64,000 nucleotides of DNA from a virus. Lineage: Duplodnaviria > Heunggongvirae > Uroviricota > Caudoviricetes. The stretch lies in the IMG/VR virus record IMGVR_UViG_3300043119_000318. One strand, given 5' to 3'. The position numbers were made by a program, and so were the translations under genes. The first letter of the stretch is position 1. Each line of letters begins with the position of its first letter. The notes below the pieces were generated by a model, which ran no database searches, was not told where the DNA came from, and worked only from the letters and a program-made list of their open reading frames with translations. Below, piece by piece: positions 26,290-35,073 of this stretch.

Positions 26290-26468
26290 TTCAGTTCCTT
26301 GAAAGTACGATACTTAGTATCAAAATGCATAGGCTTAGAGAACTTCTTCACGGTTTTAGTGACGACGTTATAGAAAGCAATCAGTCGTTTCTTATCGTCA
26401 GTCAAGTAATAGATATGATTCGGGACTGGAACTCGCCAGTCTTTGGTAGTTTCTTGAAATGCTTTCAT
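26286..26468 (-). CDS. Hypothetical small protein.
   Basis: A 60-aa ORF coupled to the ligase gene. Confidence 0.25.
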   Translation of the reverse strand: MKAFQETTKDWRVPVPNHIYYLTDDKKRLIAFYNVVTKTVKKFSKPMHFDTKYRTFKELK

Positions 26469-26469
26469 A

Positions 26470-26706
26470 TCAAGCGATCACGACGAGACGCGGGAACTCG
26501 GGTTTATCGTTGAACATTTCGCCGTTGAGAGGAGCGACGAAGAAGTCAGGATTCTTTTTCTTGACTTCTTCATCATCAAAAACGCGAGCCATGAATTCGC
26601 AGCGAACCGTGCGGTCCATCTCAGAGATCGAGACGATCTTGCCAATCATGTAGCAGCTGTCAACACCGTTGAAATCGTAGGACTTGATCACGTTACCAAC
26701 TTGCAT
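26470..26706 (-). CDS. Hypothetical protein.
   Basis: A 78-aa ORF directly downstream of a sigma70-type promoter at 26736-26764. Confidence 0.3.
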   Translation of the reverse strand: MQVGNVIKSYDFNGVDSCYMIGKIVSISEMDRTVRCEFMARVFDDEEVKKKNPDFFVAPLNGEMFNDKPEFPRLVVIA

Positions 26707-26735
26707 TTCGTTTCCTTTTTACTCATCATACAGCT

Positions 26736-26764
26736 ATTATACCGCGGATGTGAATTAAAGTCAA
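26736..26764 (-). promoter_or_regulatory. Sigma70-type promoter TTGACT-17-TATAAT.
   Basis: The minus strand reads TTGACTTTAATTCACATCCGCGGTATAAT downstream of the hairpin at 26779-26797. Confidence 0.6.
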
Positions 26765-26778
26765 CGCGCAAATGCAAA

Positions 26779-26797
26779 AACCCTACACTCAGTAGGG
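26779..26797 (-). terminator. Terminator hairpin of the repeated cassette.
   Basis: ACCCTACactcaGTAGGGT. The minus strand is followed by TTTTTG. Confidence 0.55.
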
Positions 26798-26828
26798 TCT
26801 TGTAGTCTTGTATGGAGAGCCTACATAG

Positions 26829-27122
26829 TTAGCCCGTATACAGGGCAGACGCAGGAGCTACAACGATACCAGATCCGAAGATACGATTATATTCATTGGC
26901 TAATTGATCGTCGGCAGTACCTTCCAATGCAATTGAATGTTTAAATAAATACAAATCTTCTTTAGTATATGGTAAGAATGGGGCTAAGGCAATACCCATT
27001 CCGGAATTAGTTTGTTTAACTAAAACAGAAGCAGGATTATCTAAATGGTATCCAATCTCTGACCCACTAGTAACTTTACTAATAATTTCTTCGCCAGTAA
27101 TCAATTTAAAAATTCTAATCAT
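26829..27122 (-). CDS. Hypothetical protein.
   Basis: A 97-aa ORF. Confidence 0.3.
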   Translation of the reverse strand: MIRIFKLITGEEIISKVTSGSEIGYHLDNPASVLVKQTNSGMGIALAPFLPYTKEDLYLFKHSIALEGTADDQLANEYNRIFGSGIVVAPASALYTG

Positions 27123-27329
27123 TTATTCTCTTTCAGCAAGTTGTTCAATATAATCAGCAGCTAGATCTTGATCGGGAAAGAAATAAACCTCAACCTTATC
27201 TAGATCAAAATAATGTCTGGATACTACCAAAACATTTTTATTCTTAAAAACAGAAACCTTAATGACCCAATTATTCCTCCTAACTGGAACGAAGGAGACT
27301 AGGTTTTGGTGGGATTTAGGTTTCATCAT
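27123..27329 (-). CDS. Hypothetical small protein.
   Basis: A 68-aa ORF downstream of a UUCG-loop hairpin. Confidence 0.25.
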   Translation of the reverse strand: MMKPKSHQNLVSFVPVRRNNWVIKVSVFKNKNVLVVSRHYFDLDKVEVYFFPDQDLAADYIEQLAERE

Positions 27330-27341
27330 AAAATTATTTAG

Positions 27342-27357
27342 GGGTCCGAAGACCCCA
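27342..27357 (-). terminator. UUCG-tetraloop hairpin downstream of hsp20.
   Basis: GGGGTCcgaaGACCCC. On the mRNA it reads GGGGUC(UUCG)GACCCC. Confidence 0.5.
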
Positions 27358-27423
27358 TGTTTATGATTACCTAATCATTTAACTTTCCCTTTTTTATACT
27401 TCCTAAAAGCAGAAAGCCAACGA

Positions 27424-27933
27424 TTAAAGTCTGCCAGCCAGTTCATCTTTTTCATCCTCAGTTAAAAATCGTTTTTGACCTTTAGAAGTCACAGGGATTT
27501 TCTTTGGTTTCTTTTCTTCTGGAATAAATCTCTCCAGAGCGATTTTCAGCATACCATTGAATAGCTCTGCATTTTTAACTTCGATTTGATCATCGATAGC
27601 AAACGCACGTGTGAACGCACGAGTAGCAATACCTTTGAATAAGAAGTTATCTTCTGGGTCTGTCGATGCAACGTTACCCTTAACAATCAACTTACCTCCG
27701 TCGATCTCGATGTCGATCTCGTTTTGTGCGAAACCAGCAACAGCAATTTCAATGGTGTAAGAGTTCTCCCCATTCTTGCGAATGTTATATGGAGGATAGT
27801 TGGGGATATTTTTAGTGATATCGTCATGAATTTTCTGCATGCGATGCACTTGATCGTCAAACCCTACGAAGAATCTGTCGAAGTCCTTGAATGCTGGACC
27901 AAATGCGATTTTACCGATGTTGAAATCAGTCAT
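27424..27933 (-). CDS. Small heat-shock protein (Hsp20, alpha-crystallin family).
   Basis: Alpha-crystallin domain signature (GxLxIxxP-like: NAELFNGMLKIAL). Common in cyanomyoviruses. Confidence 0.7.
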   Translation of the reverse strand: MTDFNIGKIAFGPAFKDFDRFFVGFDDQVHRMQKIHDDITKNIPNYPPYNIRKNGENSYTIEIAVAGFAQNEIDIEIDGGKLIVKGNVASTDPEDNFLFKGIATRAFTRAFAIDDQIEVKNAELFNGMLKIALERFIPEEKKPKKIPVTSKGQKRFLTEDEKDELAGRL

Positions 27934-28163
27934 AGTTTTCTCCTATTTAGCGAGTTAAATTTGCTATCCCGAAGGCATAGCGGTTAGTGAAATGCTGGTT
28001 ACTTTATCCAGCGCCTACTGACGAGAGGCAGTTCAATTGCTCGAGCGCCTAAGAAATATAGAAACCTCTATAAATCTTTGACCGTTGACGCCGAACGGTC
28101 CTAAGGTGGATCTTGACAGATATTTACTAGGATGTCAGCCTAGCTTCCCATCCCGAGGAAATT

Positions 28164-28352
28164 TTATTCAGTAGGAACGTCTGTGATGACGTTTGGATCA
28201 GCTGCCATAGCTTTCTGTTCCATTTCTGCAATCTGGGCTTCTCCCTGAGATTTGATCTTATTGATTAGCCCTGCGACTTCTTCAAAAGAACCCTTACCCA
28301 ATGAGCGAAGAATAACATTACACTCATCAATACTCAAATTCAAATTAATCAT
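28164..28352 (-). CDS. Hypothetical small protein.
   Basis: A 62-aa ORF whose start overlaps the regA stop. Confidence 0.25.
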   Translation of the reverse strand: MINLNLSIDECNVILRSLGKGSFEEVAGLINKIKSQGEAQIAEMEQKAMAADPNVITDVPTE

Positions 28353-28785
28353 TTTTCACCTCTAATTTAGTTTTCTTAGAACCTATGTTATATTTAGGCA
28401 CTAGTTGCCAATTTGCCTTCTCTTTATAGGAGACGACCTTAATTTGAGACATAGATGCTTTTGGTTCTGCCTTGGCAGCAACTACGATCTTTAGAAGATC
28501 CCAGTCCTGAAGCAGAGTTGCAATGGCATTTCTACGCTCGATATCCTCTAAAGAAATGTTCGATTCTTTGCCGTCTAAAGCAAACAATTCTTTAAAGTGT
28601 ACAATGAAATACCTACCTTGTTTATGTAAGATATGACAAGATTGGTATAATGTATTTTCTTTTCTGGAAGCAATTCCGATTCTAGTTAGAGTTTCACGAA
28701 CCTTCAAAAAGTTGTCAGGTTCGGGAAGAATAATCTCTAACATGGAATCTTGTTTCCAGTCGTAGTAGATCATTTCGATAGTCAT
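28345..28785 (-). CDS. regA: RegA-like translational repressor.
   Basis: PDNFLKVRETLTRIGIA...LYQSCHILHKQGRYFIVHFKE...WQLVPKYNIG matches T4 RegA (PEDFLKVKETLTRMGIA...LYQSCHILQKKG...WKLVPKYTIG). Confidence 0.7.
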   Translation of the reverse strand: MTIEMIYYDWKQDSMLEIILPEPDNFLKVRETLTRIGIASRKENTLYQSCHILHKQGRYFIVHFKELFALDGKESNISLEDIERRNAIATLLQDWDLLKIVVAAKAEPKASMSQIKVVSYKEKANWQLVPKYNIGSKKTKLEVKND

Positions 28786-29165
28786 TTTCCACCTTTATAT
28801 AGTTTTTCTTTTATTACTTTTAGTTGATCACTCGAAAGAACTTTTAAAGCACCTTTCGCCTTTTCGATGGAATAACCATAATATTCCATAACCAAGTTTA
28901 AATCATCAGAGTTCTTGTCTTTTTTATGCCAAGCACTCCAACGTTTCCCTTTAGGTATACTATTTAGTAAATATTGAAATTGATTTTCTTTATCAAGGTG
29001 ATGTAATCTATTCATTTCATTGACATGAAAGATCGTATCATGGTAAAACGACAATCCGAGATTAACTACCCAAGGGCTATATGCTTTCTTAGCGACAAGG
29101 GGATCCTCTAGAAACAAATCCTTCTTGGACGTATTTATGGCATTAATAAAGTCAAAGGGTTTCAT
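28782..29165 (-). CDS. 62: Clamp-loader small subunit (gp62 homologue).
   Basis: YLLNSIPKGKRWSAWHKK resembles T4 gp62 YLMAAVPRGKRYGKWAKL. Position matches the T4 order 44-62-regA. Confidence 0.6.
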   Translation of the reverse strand: MKPFDFINAINTSKKDLFLEDPLVAKKAYSPWVVNLGLSFYHDTIFHVNEMNRLHHLDKENQFQYLLNSIPKGKRWSAWHKKDKNSDDLNLVMEYYGYSIEKAKGALKVLSSDQLKVIKEKLYKGGK

Positions 29166-29482
29166 TTAAATCCCACATTCTCTAAGTTATCATTGGATGC
29201 TCCAAACATAATTACATGTGGATAAAGCTCTCTAAGGTGTTCCTCTAATTCTTCTCGAGTATTACCTTGAGCCATAAACGCGCCATCTTCTGCGCTATAA
29301 CAGAAGAAAATATCATTATGCTTTTCTATAATTATACGAAAAACTTCTTGAGGTATAGCTTCTTCATTTTCTTCAACTGATTCTAGCTTATTTATAAGAG
29401 AGTTTATTCTATAAACAGCGTATGCCTCACGAAGAAGCCAGCCAACGCCAAATGCAACAATGGAAGCTAGAATGATTTCCAT
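29162..29482 (-). CDS. Small membrane protein.
   Basis: N-terminal hydrophobic helix. Lies between gp44 and gp62. Confidence 0.3.
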   Translation of the reverse strand: MEIILASIVAFGVGWLLREAYAVYRINSLINKLESVEENEEAIPQEVFRIIIEKHNDIFFCYSAEDGAFMAQGNTREELEEHLRELYPHVIMFGASNDNLENVGFK

Positions 29483-29486
29483 ATAC

Positions 29487-30437
29487 TTATTTGAACTTAC
29501 AAGTTGCCATGATCTCAGTCATAGCTGCCATGATATTGATTTCTTGGTCTGCCACGAATGCTGCCTTGTATTGGTATTCACCAAGGGTAACTACCAGAGT
29601 AGGAATACCCGCTGGCTCAATGATAGTCAACGCTTTATCATAAAACTCACGGAACAATGCAGCAGAATCTCCTTCACTATTCTTGGCAACCCACTTGCGC
29701 ACTTCAGTGAAGTTCTTTTCCTTCATATACTTGAGCAGTTCCTTGAAGGATTCTTCACCGAGATTGATAAGGATACCAGTATCAATCGTACCAGAAACCG
29801 AGTACCTCTGAAGCTCGTTCAGAATACGGCGGAAGTCTGGGAAGTGTTTCGTGACAAGTTCAGCGACAACCTTCTGATCAAAGGTGACGTTCTCGTTGTT
29901 TAGAATTTCTACAATGCGACGATAGAAGTTAGAAGCAATCTTAGGTTTGTCGGCAGCGTCAATCTTAAAGTCGATGACAGAACAACGAGAATGCAATGGC
30001 GCAATGATCTTGTTCTTGAAGTTACAAGTAAAGATGAACCGGCAATTGTTGCTAAACTCTTCAATAAATGCACGCAAAGCAGGTTGAACGCTTTCGGCAT
30101 TCATATAATCTGCCTCGTCCATGATGATAACTTTCTTAGCATCAGTCAGAGAAACAGTGGAGGCAAACTGTTTAATCTTCAGACGAACAGTTTCAATGTG
30201 ACGACCTTCATCAGAGCCGTTGATGAGCAGGTACTCAGCACCAATCTCATTACATAGTGCTTTAGCTACAGTGGTTTTACCAACACCTGCTCCGCCAGTG
30301 AATAGAAAGTTTGGGATGTTCCCAGATTCTACATATTCGCGGAAGGTCTTCTTCAGAGATTCCGGCAGAACACAGTCATTAATCTTCTGTGGGCGATATT
30401 TCTCACACCACAAGAATTGGTCTTCACGATTTTCCAT
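29487..30437 (-). CDS. 44: Clamp-loader ATPase (gp44, RFC-like AAA+).
   Basis: Walker A FTGGAGVGKTT, Walker B IIMDEAD and an SRC-like region. Confidence 0.8.
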   Translation of the reverse strand: MENREDQFLWCEKYRPQKINDCVLPESLKKTFREYVESGNIPNFLFTGGAGVGKTTVAKALCNEIGAEYLLINGSDEGRHIETVRLKIKQFASTVSLTDAKKVIIMDEADYMNAESVQPALRAFIEEFSNNCRFIFTCNFKNKIIAPLHSRCSVIDFKIDAADKPKIASNFYRRIVEILNNENVTFDQKVVAELVTKHFPDFRRILNELQRYSVSGTIDTGILINLGEESFKELLKYMKEKNFTEVRKWVAKNSEGDSAALFREFYDKALTIIEPAGIPTLVVTLGEYQYKAAFVADQEINIMAAMTEIMATCKFK

Positions 30438-30460
30438 AACTTACCCTATCATAATAAAAA

Positions 30461-30482
30461 TTGGAGGTTCAATATTGAACCT
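30461..30482. terminator. Perfect 22-bp palindrome, a bidirectional hairpin between gp45 and gp44.
   Basis: GGAGGTTCAATATTGAACCTCC. The minus strand is followed by AATTTTTATTAT. Confidence 0.5.
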
Positions 30483-30503
30483 CCATAAATGGTCTAAAAA
30501 TTA

Positions 30504-31166
30504 TTAAGCGTCAAACGTTGAATCTGCCTCAACAGCTACGTAGTAAACCAAATCAGTGGAGACGCTTTTGAACCTAGAGATTTTCTTGCTAGAGATGCTA
30601 ACTGCGTAGTCACCTGCCAACATCTTCAGGTTTTCAACCTTCAAGTTTACATGGAAAGATTTATCGGTAGTTCCAACCAACTTGTTGTAGTTGTTACCAG
30701 TTGCATTCTTCTTGTCTCCGACTTGAAGCATCAAGCGAGCACTGTCACCAACGATGGACAAATCTTCAGCGCGAAGAACAGATGCAGTGCGGCGGATCAT
30801 ATCTAGCATAGCTGCGGTCAAGGTAAAGTCAACGTCGCTGGCAGGGAAAGTGATGCTCTTGCTAGGAACAGTCAAGACAGAAGCATCCGCACCATAGAAC
30901 TTGATATTGGCATCACCCTCTTTGATGTTGATATACTTCTCTGCAAAATCGAGTTCAGGGTCACTGAACAGTGACATTGCACCCAAGAATTCATTCAGGT
31001 CGTAGATACCAATTTCAGATGGGATAGTTTCAGCAATGGTAACATCGGACATGACGTTCTTCATTGCTGAAATGGTTGACAACTTCGTTCCTGGCTTCAA
31101 CAGGATATTGCTGTTGATGGAAGCGAAGTTCTTAAAAATGGCTAGGGTGTCTTTAGATAGTTTCAT
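30504..31166 (-). CDS. 45: Sliding clamp (gp45 homologue).
   Basis: N-terminal MKLSKDTLAIFKNFASINS matches T4 gp45 MKLSKDTTALLKNFATINS. C-terminal YYVAVEADSTFDA matches NYVVALEADSTHDF. Confidence 0.85.
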   Translation of the reverse strand: MKLSKDTLAIFKNFASINSNILLKPGTKLSTISAMKNVMSDVTIAETIPSEIGIYDLNEFLGAMSLFSDPELDFAEKYINIKEGDANIKFYGADASVLTVPSKSITFPASDVDFTLTAAMLDMIRRTASVLRAEDLSIVGDSARLMLQVGDKKNATGNNYNKLVGTTDKSFHVNLKVENLKMLAGDYAVSISSKKISRFKSVSTDLVYYVAVEADSTFDA

Positions 31167-31195
31167 AGGTTTCCTTAATAATGAAAGATAGATGA

Positions 31196-31224
31196 ATTAT
31201 ACCCCAGAACTGAGTATGGGGCAA
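31196..31224 (-). promoter_or_regulatory. Possible promoter (TTGCCC-17-TATAAT) overlapping a hairpin upstream of gp45.
   Basis: TATAAT at minus 31201..31196. The -35 is weak. The hairpin CCCCAgaactgagtaTGGGG lies in the spacer. Confidence 0.35.
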
Positions 31225-31231
31225 ATTTATT

Positions 31232-31582
31232 TTAGTTAGATTTGTAAGATGCAGAAATTTCTGCGAATGATCGTTTCCAAGACCACTCGTCTAGAACATA
31301 CTGCTTGAATTCTAGACGGTCGAGTTCCACTTCAGACTGAGTAGTCCACTCTAGCATAGAGATAGCTTCGTCATAGTGCTCAAGGTAAGATACTGGGCGA
31401 ACGACACGAATAGCATGCTCAACGTCTTCTTCTTTCTTAGCAGCTTTCAATTTTGCATTTAGAGCATCAATCAGTGCCTTGCGGTATCCAACCATAGCTT
31501 CTTCGAAGTCTACGACGTGCTTAGCACGATTTGTGATGAGATGTGAGAGTAGTTGCTTCACATCAATTTTTACTGAATCCAT
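31232..31582 (-). CDS. Hypothetical protein.
   Basis: A 116-aa ORF upstream of gp45. Confidence 0.3.
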   Translation of the reverse strand: MDSVKIDVKQLLSHLITNRAKHVVDFEEAMVGYRKALIDALNAKLKAAKKEEDVEHAIRVVRPVSYLEHYDEAISMLEWTTQSEVELDRLEFKQYVLDEWSWKRSFAEISASYKSN

Positions 31583-31595
31583 AATTTTACCTTTC

Positions 31596-32393
31596 TTACT
31601 TATTCATCATTAGTGCATTGAAGTTGCTAGGAACGACAATAGTTTGAACCTTACCAGCTTTGATACCCTCAGAGATGTTCAACATAGCTTGCGCTTGCAT
31701 GAATGCAATAGAACTACCGCTGTTGTTAGCCAGTGCTGCCATACGACGGCTTTCAGCTTCAGCCGTCTTGACTTCAACTTCCTTTCGCTTCAGTTCGTTC
31801 TTAGCCTTGACCAATTCATTTGAGCTTGCTACAACCGAATCTGCGGGAACTACGTTACGGATCAAAACTTGGCTGATAGTGATAGAACCGTCCAACTTTT
31901 CTTCAGTCAGGTTACGCACAATCTCGTCTTGAATAAACCTTTCCATTTCATTACGCTTGTCTGCCATTTCCAGTGCTTCGTACTTTCGTGCTGCCTTGTA
32001 GATAGCATTACGTGCATTTTGAACAATGTAGTTATACATCACATAGATGTCACCTTTGAACTCTGAGTGAAATGCTTTGTTCTTAGTCGAATACAGTTCA
32101 GCCACTTTTTGTGGATTGATGTTGTAAACAACCACTGCATCAAAGTCCTTCATAGTAGAATTGTCAGAAGTAACCGGCATCATATCGCTCAACTGGACAT
32201 TAACATCCTTGACAGGAAACGTTAGCACATCACCAATCAGCACCTGATTAAATGATCCAGGCAACAGTTCGCCACTCTGGACCTGCTTGTCAAAGCCAAC
32301 TCGGACTCCAACTTCACCAGTTTCGATACGGGTGCAGCCAGTGACAAGAGCCAGGGCAGCAACGACAGCAGTAATTTTAAAATAAGTATTCAT
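31596..32393 (-). CDS. SPFH (band-7 / prohibitin-stomatin) domain lipoprotein.
   Basis: Lipoprotein signal LALVTGC, followed by an SPFH-type domain and a C-terminal coiled coil. Confidence 0.55.
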   Translation of the reverse strand: MNTYFKITAVVAALALVTGCTRIETGEVGVRVGFDKQVQSGELLPGSFNQVLIGDVLTFPVKDVNVQLSDMMPVTSDNSTMKDFDAVVVYNINPQKVAELYSTKNKAFHSEFKGDIYVMYNYIVQNARNAIYKAARKYEALEMADKRNEMERFIQDEIVRNLTEEKLDGSITISQVLIRNVVPADSVVASSNELVKAKNELKRKEVEVKTAEAESRRMAALANNSGSSIAFMQAQAMLNISEGIKAGKVQTIVVPSNFNALMMNK

Positions 32394-32402
32394 AATAATC
32401 TT

Positions 32403-32642
32403 TCAGAACAAAATAACAATAATAGACAAAAAGCAAACAACAAGAACAGCAATACCCGAACTATACGCAGCAGTTTTCATGATATTCCAACGTTCTTTGT
32501 TAGAAAATTTACGAAATAGGTCAATCCCAGTATAGAAAATAATACAGAGACAAATGAATGTAACTAGCATTTTAATCACAAGTAGGTTCCTTTGAGTATA
32601 AAACGTCATGTTCATACAAGAAAGCCAAACAACACATAGCAT
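32403..32642 (-). CDS. Small membrane protein.
   Basis: Two hydrophobic helices. Overlaps the upstream ORF. Confidence 0.25.
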   Translation of the reverse strand: MLCVVWLSCMNMTFYTQRNLLVIKMLVTFICLCIIFYTGIDLFRKFSNKERWNIMKTAAYSSGIAVLVVCFLSIIVILF

Positions 32643-32916
32643 GAGCCAGGTGATGGATTCCAGATTCTGGATCTAGATCCTCGCCCATTTTCCACGCCCA
32701 GATATGACGTTCCATTGCATCGAAATATCGAGTCAAAGAATCCGGCACAACTTTCCAATTGTCTGGTTCATATTTCTCAGCACCAAATGTGAGAACCTTA
32801 ACCATCTCTGCCATGGCTAGCGGTGGGATCAAACCATAACGGAGTTTACCGCCGTCAAACTTTCGCCCACCGCTAGTGGCTAGCTGAGATGCTTTAATGT
32901 CATCTACAGTAGCCAT
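32572..32916 (-). CDS. Hypothetical conserved protein.
   Basis: A 114-aa ORF with no motif assigned. Confidence 0.3.
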   Translation of the reverse strand: MATVDDIKASQLATSGGRKFDGGKLRYGLIPPLAMAEMVKVLTFGAEKYEPDNWKVVPDSLTRYFDAMERHIWAWKMGEDLDPESGIHHLAHAMCCLAFLYEHDVLYSKEPTCD

Positions 32917-32921
32917 AATTA

Positions 32922-33167
32922 TCAGGCAGTGAAAAGATAAGTACCAAGACCAGCATGGACCACGCGGACCATACGCTTACTGGGCTTTCCAATGCGATAC
33001 TTAACAGTACCCTGAGAAGTTTTATTGCTGTAAATGCAATGACCCTCGCCGCGCAATTGATGGATTGCGCCATGAGGGTTCTTCAGTCCAAAGAAAAGTG
33101 AAATTTGGCTGGCAGTGATGCTAGAGCCGGTGTTTAGATAGCTAAAAAGTTCTTGCTTTGAGTTCAT
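32922..33167 (-). CDS. Hypothetical protein.
   Basis: The start was moved to the internal Met at 33167 (MNSKQELF), preceded by AAGGAAAC. The longer ORF-track N-terminus is R/L/S-rich and overlaps the upstream gene. Confidence 0.3.
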   Translation of the reverse strand: MNSKQELFSYLNTGSSITASQISLFFGLKNPHGAIHQLRGEGHCIYSNKTSQGTVKYRIGKPSKRMVRVVHAGLGTYLFTA

Positions 33168-33199
33168 ATAGTTTCCTTGTCCATCAAGTGATAAAATAT

Positions 33200-33221
33200 G
33201 CAGGAGAGATGGATCCCCTGC
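33200..33221 (-). terminator. Hairpin downstream of the basic-repeat protein gene.
   Basis: GCAGGagagatggatccCCTGC. The minus strand is followed by ATATTTTAT. Confidence 0.4.
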
Positions 33222-33231
33222 ATACGCATAA

Positions 33232-33750
33232 TTAAAGTTCAATACCGTGAGTGCGAAGAATAGCGTTGAAGTCTTCAAGATCTTCGTCGTAGGCAGCCGA
33301 CTCACCGATAGCGTCGATGAGACGATTCTTGTTCTTAACGACGGGAGCATCCTCAGATTCCGTAGCAGGCACAACCTTCGGTGCCTTAGGTGCTTTCGGT
33401 GCCTTGGGAGTCTTGGCGACTACGACCTTCGGAGCCTTGGGTACCTTCACGACCACTGCCTTCGGAGCCTTAACAGACTTGCCGGCACAATCCTGAGCGT
33501 ACTGAGACAGCTCGGCATCAGTGGGAACTGGCAGCTGATACAAGCCACGGGAAATCTTATTCGTCGGGAACAGCCAGTTCGGGTAACCAACTTTGACGCC
33601 CCCAGATTCACGCTTTTCAGCCAGGTCCATAAAGATGGCATGGACCAGTTTGAGCGTCACTTCGGGATTGGTCTTAATAGAGGGAGTGTGCTCGATGTAA
33701 GCAACGATCAGCTTCTTTTGAGCCATGGTCAGGTCAGCGAAATTCAACAT
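33232..33750 (-). CDS. Basic Lys/Pro/Ala-repeat protein (histone-H1-like tail). Possibly DNA-binding.
   Basis: Repeats of KAPKAVVVKVPKAPKVVVAKTPKAPKAPKAPK. The start was moved to 33750 because a TTGACT-17-TATAAT promoter occupies 33780-33808 and AAAGGAAA precedes that ATG. Confidence 0.4.
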   Translation of the reverse strand: MLNFADLTMAQKKLIVAYIEHTPSIKTNPEVTLKLVHAIFMDLAEKRESGGVKVGYPNWLFPTNKISRGLYQLPVPTDAELSQYAQDCAGKSVKAPKAVVVKVPKAPKVVVAKTPKAPKAPKAPKVVPATESEDAPVVKNKNRLIDAIGESAAYDEDLEDFNAILRTHGIEL

Positions 33751-33779
33751 AATATATTTCCTTTTCAAGTTTGTAAATA

Positions 33780-33808
33780 ATTATACCGCATTAGTGAATT
33801 AAAGTCAA
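33780..33808 (-). promoter_or_regulatory. Sigma70-type promoter TTGACT-17-TATAAT.
   Basis: The minus strand reads TTGACTTTAATTCACTAATGCGGTATAAT downstream of the hairpin at 33822-33841. Confidence 0.6.
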
Positions 33809-33821
33809 GCGATATCGTAAA

Positions 33822-33841
33822 GACCCTACGGTCTGTAGGGT
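33822..33841 (-). terminator. Terminator hairpin of the repeated cassette.
   Basis: GACCCTACggtctGTAGGGT. The minus strand is followed by CTTT. Confidence 0.55.
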
Positions 33842-33843
33842 TA

Positions 33844-35019
33844 TCAGAACGGAACCTCGTCGGTCGACGCTTCCATCGGATTTTGCACAGGATCGGTTTC
33901 ATCTGGTGTGGAAACCTTCTCGAACAGATCTTTAAACGCGATCTTAGTCGCAGCATCAAACCGATTGCAGCACAGTTCGATTGCCTTAGCACGATTCTTG
34001 AAGATCGCATATGCGCGAACAATATGAATCATACGGCGAGTTGTGATCGTCTCATCAACACCACCGTCCTCGAAAGTGCGGCGAATTGCGTCAGCCCACT
34101 TAACGAGCGTCTCTGCGAACTCATCGTCAACACATCCGAAAGATTGCATAAGGTTCTTAATGATTTTGATTTCTACCCGAGCAGAGGGATATTCCTGCTC
34201 GAAGGTAACAGCGAAACGCTCCAAGAATGCTTCGTTCAGAACGTTAGTACCGATATAACGACCATCGTCAGAACCCTTACCCTTGGTATTTGCAGTTGCA
34301 AAGATATTGAAGCCAGGAGTAGGAACGATCATCTCGTTCTTCAGCTTGAAGTAGTATGGCTTACCTTCCAAGATAGATTGCAGGCAAAGCGTAGTGTTTG
34401 CTGCACCAGCATCAATTTCATCCAGCAAGAGAGCAGTACCATTGCGCATTGCAATAAGCACCGGACCTTCGACGATCTGCACGTTGCCGTCGACGAGAGT
34501 CTTGGAGCCGATGAGTTGTTCCTCATCGGTCATCATATTCAAGTTAACTCGAATCAGAGGACGCTTGTGCTTGGCGCAAATTTGCTCGATCATGGTGGAC
34601 TTACCGTTACCGGTCGGACCGCTGATGTAGCAAGGATAGAAAATACCAGACTTGACAATGTTCTCGAGGTCTGCGTAGTTACCAAAGGGAACAAAATTCG
34701 GATCCCTCTGAGGAATGAGCGATTCGATATTCGAATAATCAACTTCAAACGACTCAATGCGCACTTCGGGTTTGCGTGGTTCTGGCTTAATGCGAACCAC
34801 TACTTCTTGAGTAGTATCCGGAGAAGAGTCAGGCATCGCATAGATGCCTCGCGACAACCGATTAACCATCAGCCAATGCGGGCTCTTTTTGGTATTCAGT
34901 GCAGTCATCGTTTCAACGATTTCTTTACTCTTGACAGTTCCACTGGTCTTGATGTCGGGGAACAACTCAAAGAGTTTAGCCTCGAACGCAGCCGCAAACA
35001 CGCTATCAATTTTACTCAT
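33844..35019 (-). CDS. cobS: CobS-like AAA+ (MoxR-type) ATPase.
   Basis: Walker A SGPTGNGKST, Walker B LLLDEID and an arginine finger region. The start was moved to 35019 (MSKIDSV) downstream of the promoter at 35045-35073. Confidence 0.7.
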   Translation of the reverse strand: MSKIDSVFAAAFEAKLFELFPDIKTSGTVKSKEIVETMTALNTKKSPHWLMVNRLSRGIYAMPDSSPDTTQEVVVRIKPEPRKPEVRIESFEVDYSNIESLIPQRDPNFVPFGNYADLENIVKSGIFYPCYISGPTGNGKSTMIEQICAKHKRPLIRVNLNMMTDEEQLIGSKTLVDGNVQIVEGPVLIAMRNGTALLLDEIDAGAANTTLCLQSILEGKPYYFKLKNEMIVPTPGFNIFATANTKGKGSDDGRYIGTNVLNEAFLERFAVTFEQEYPSARVEIKIIKNLMQSFGCVDDEFAETLVKWADAIRRTFEDGGVDETITTRRMIHIVRAYAIFKNRAKAIELCCNRFDAATKIAFKDLFEKVSTPDETDPVQNPMEASTDEVPF

Positions 35020-35044
35020 CACACACTCCATCTTGTAAAAACTT

Positions 35045-35073
35045 ATTATACCGCGACACTGAATTAAAGTCAA
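35045..35073 (-). promoter_or_regulatory. Sigma70-type promoter TTGACT-17-TATAAT upstream of cobS.
   Basis: The minus strand reads TTGACTTTAATTCAGTGTCGCGGTATAAT downstream of the hairpin at 35086-35105. Confidence 0.6.

Noticed and set aside
27990-28050. Possible hammerhead ribozyme (CTGACGAG ... GAAA) or tRNA in the non-coding gap.
   Set aside because: Helix II and III pairings do not form around the CUGANGA core. No acceptor/T-arm geometry could be built by hand. Left as an unassigned structured region.
33247-33780. Plus-strand 177-aa ORF opposite the basic-repeat protein gene.
   Set aside because: It is antisense to a minus-strand ORF that has a promoter and Shine-Dalgarno sequence. The plus-strand product is Arg/Leu/Ser/Cys-rich with no signals.
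33883-35067. Plus-strand 394-aa ORF.
   Set aside because: It is entirely antisense to the cobS-like gene, which has clear Walker A/B motifs. Its R/L/S-rich composition is typical of shadow ORFs.
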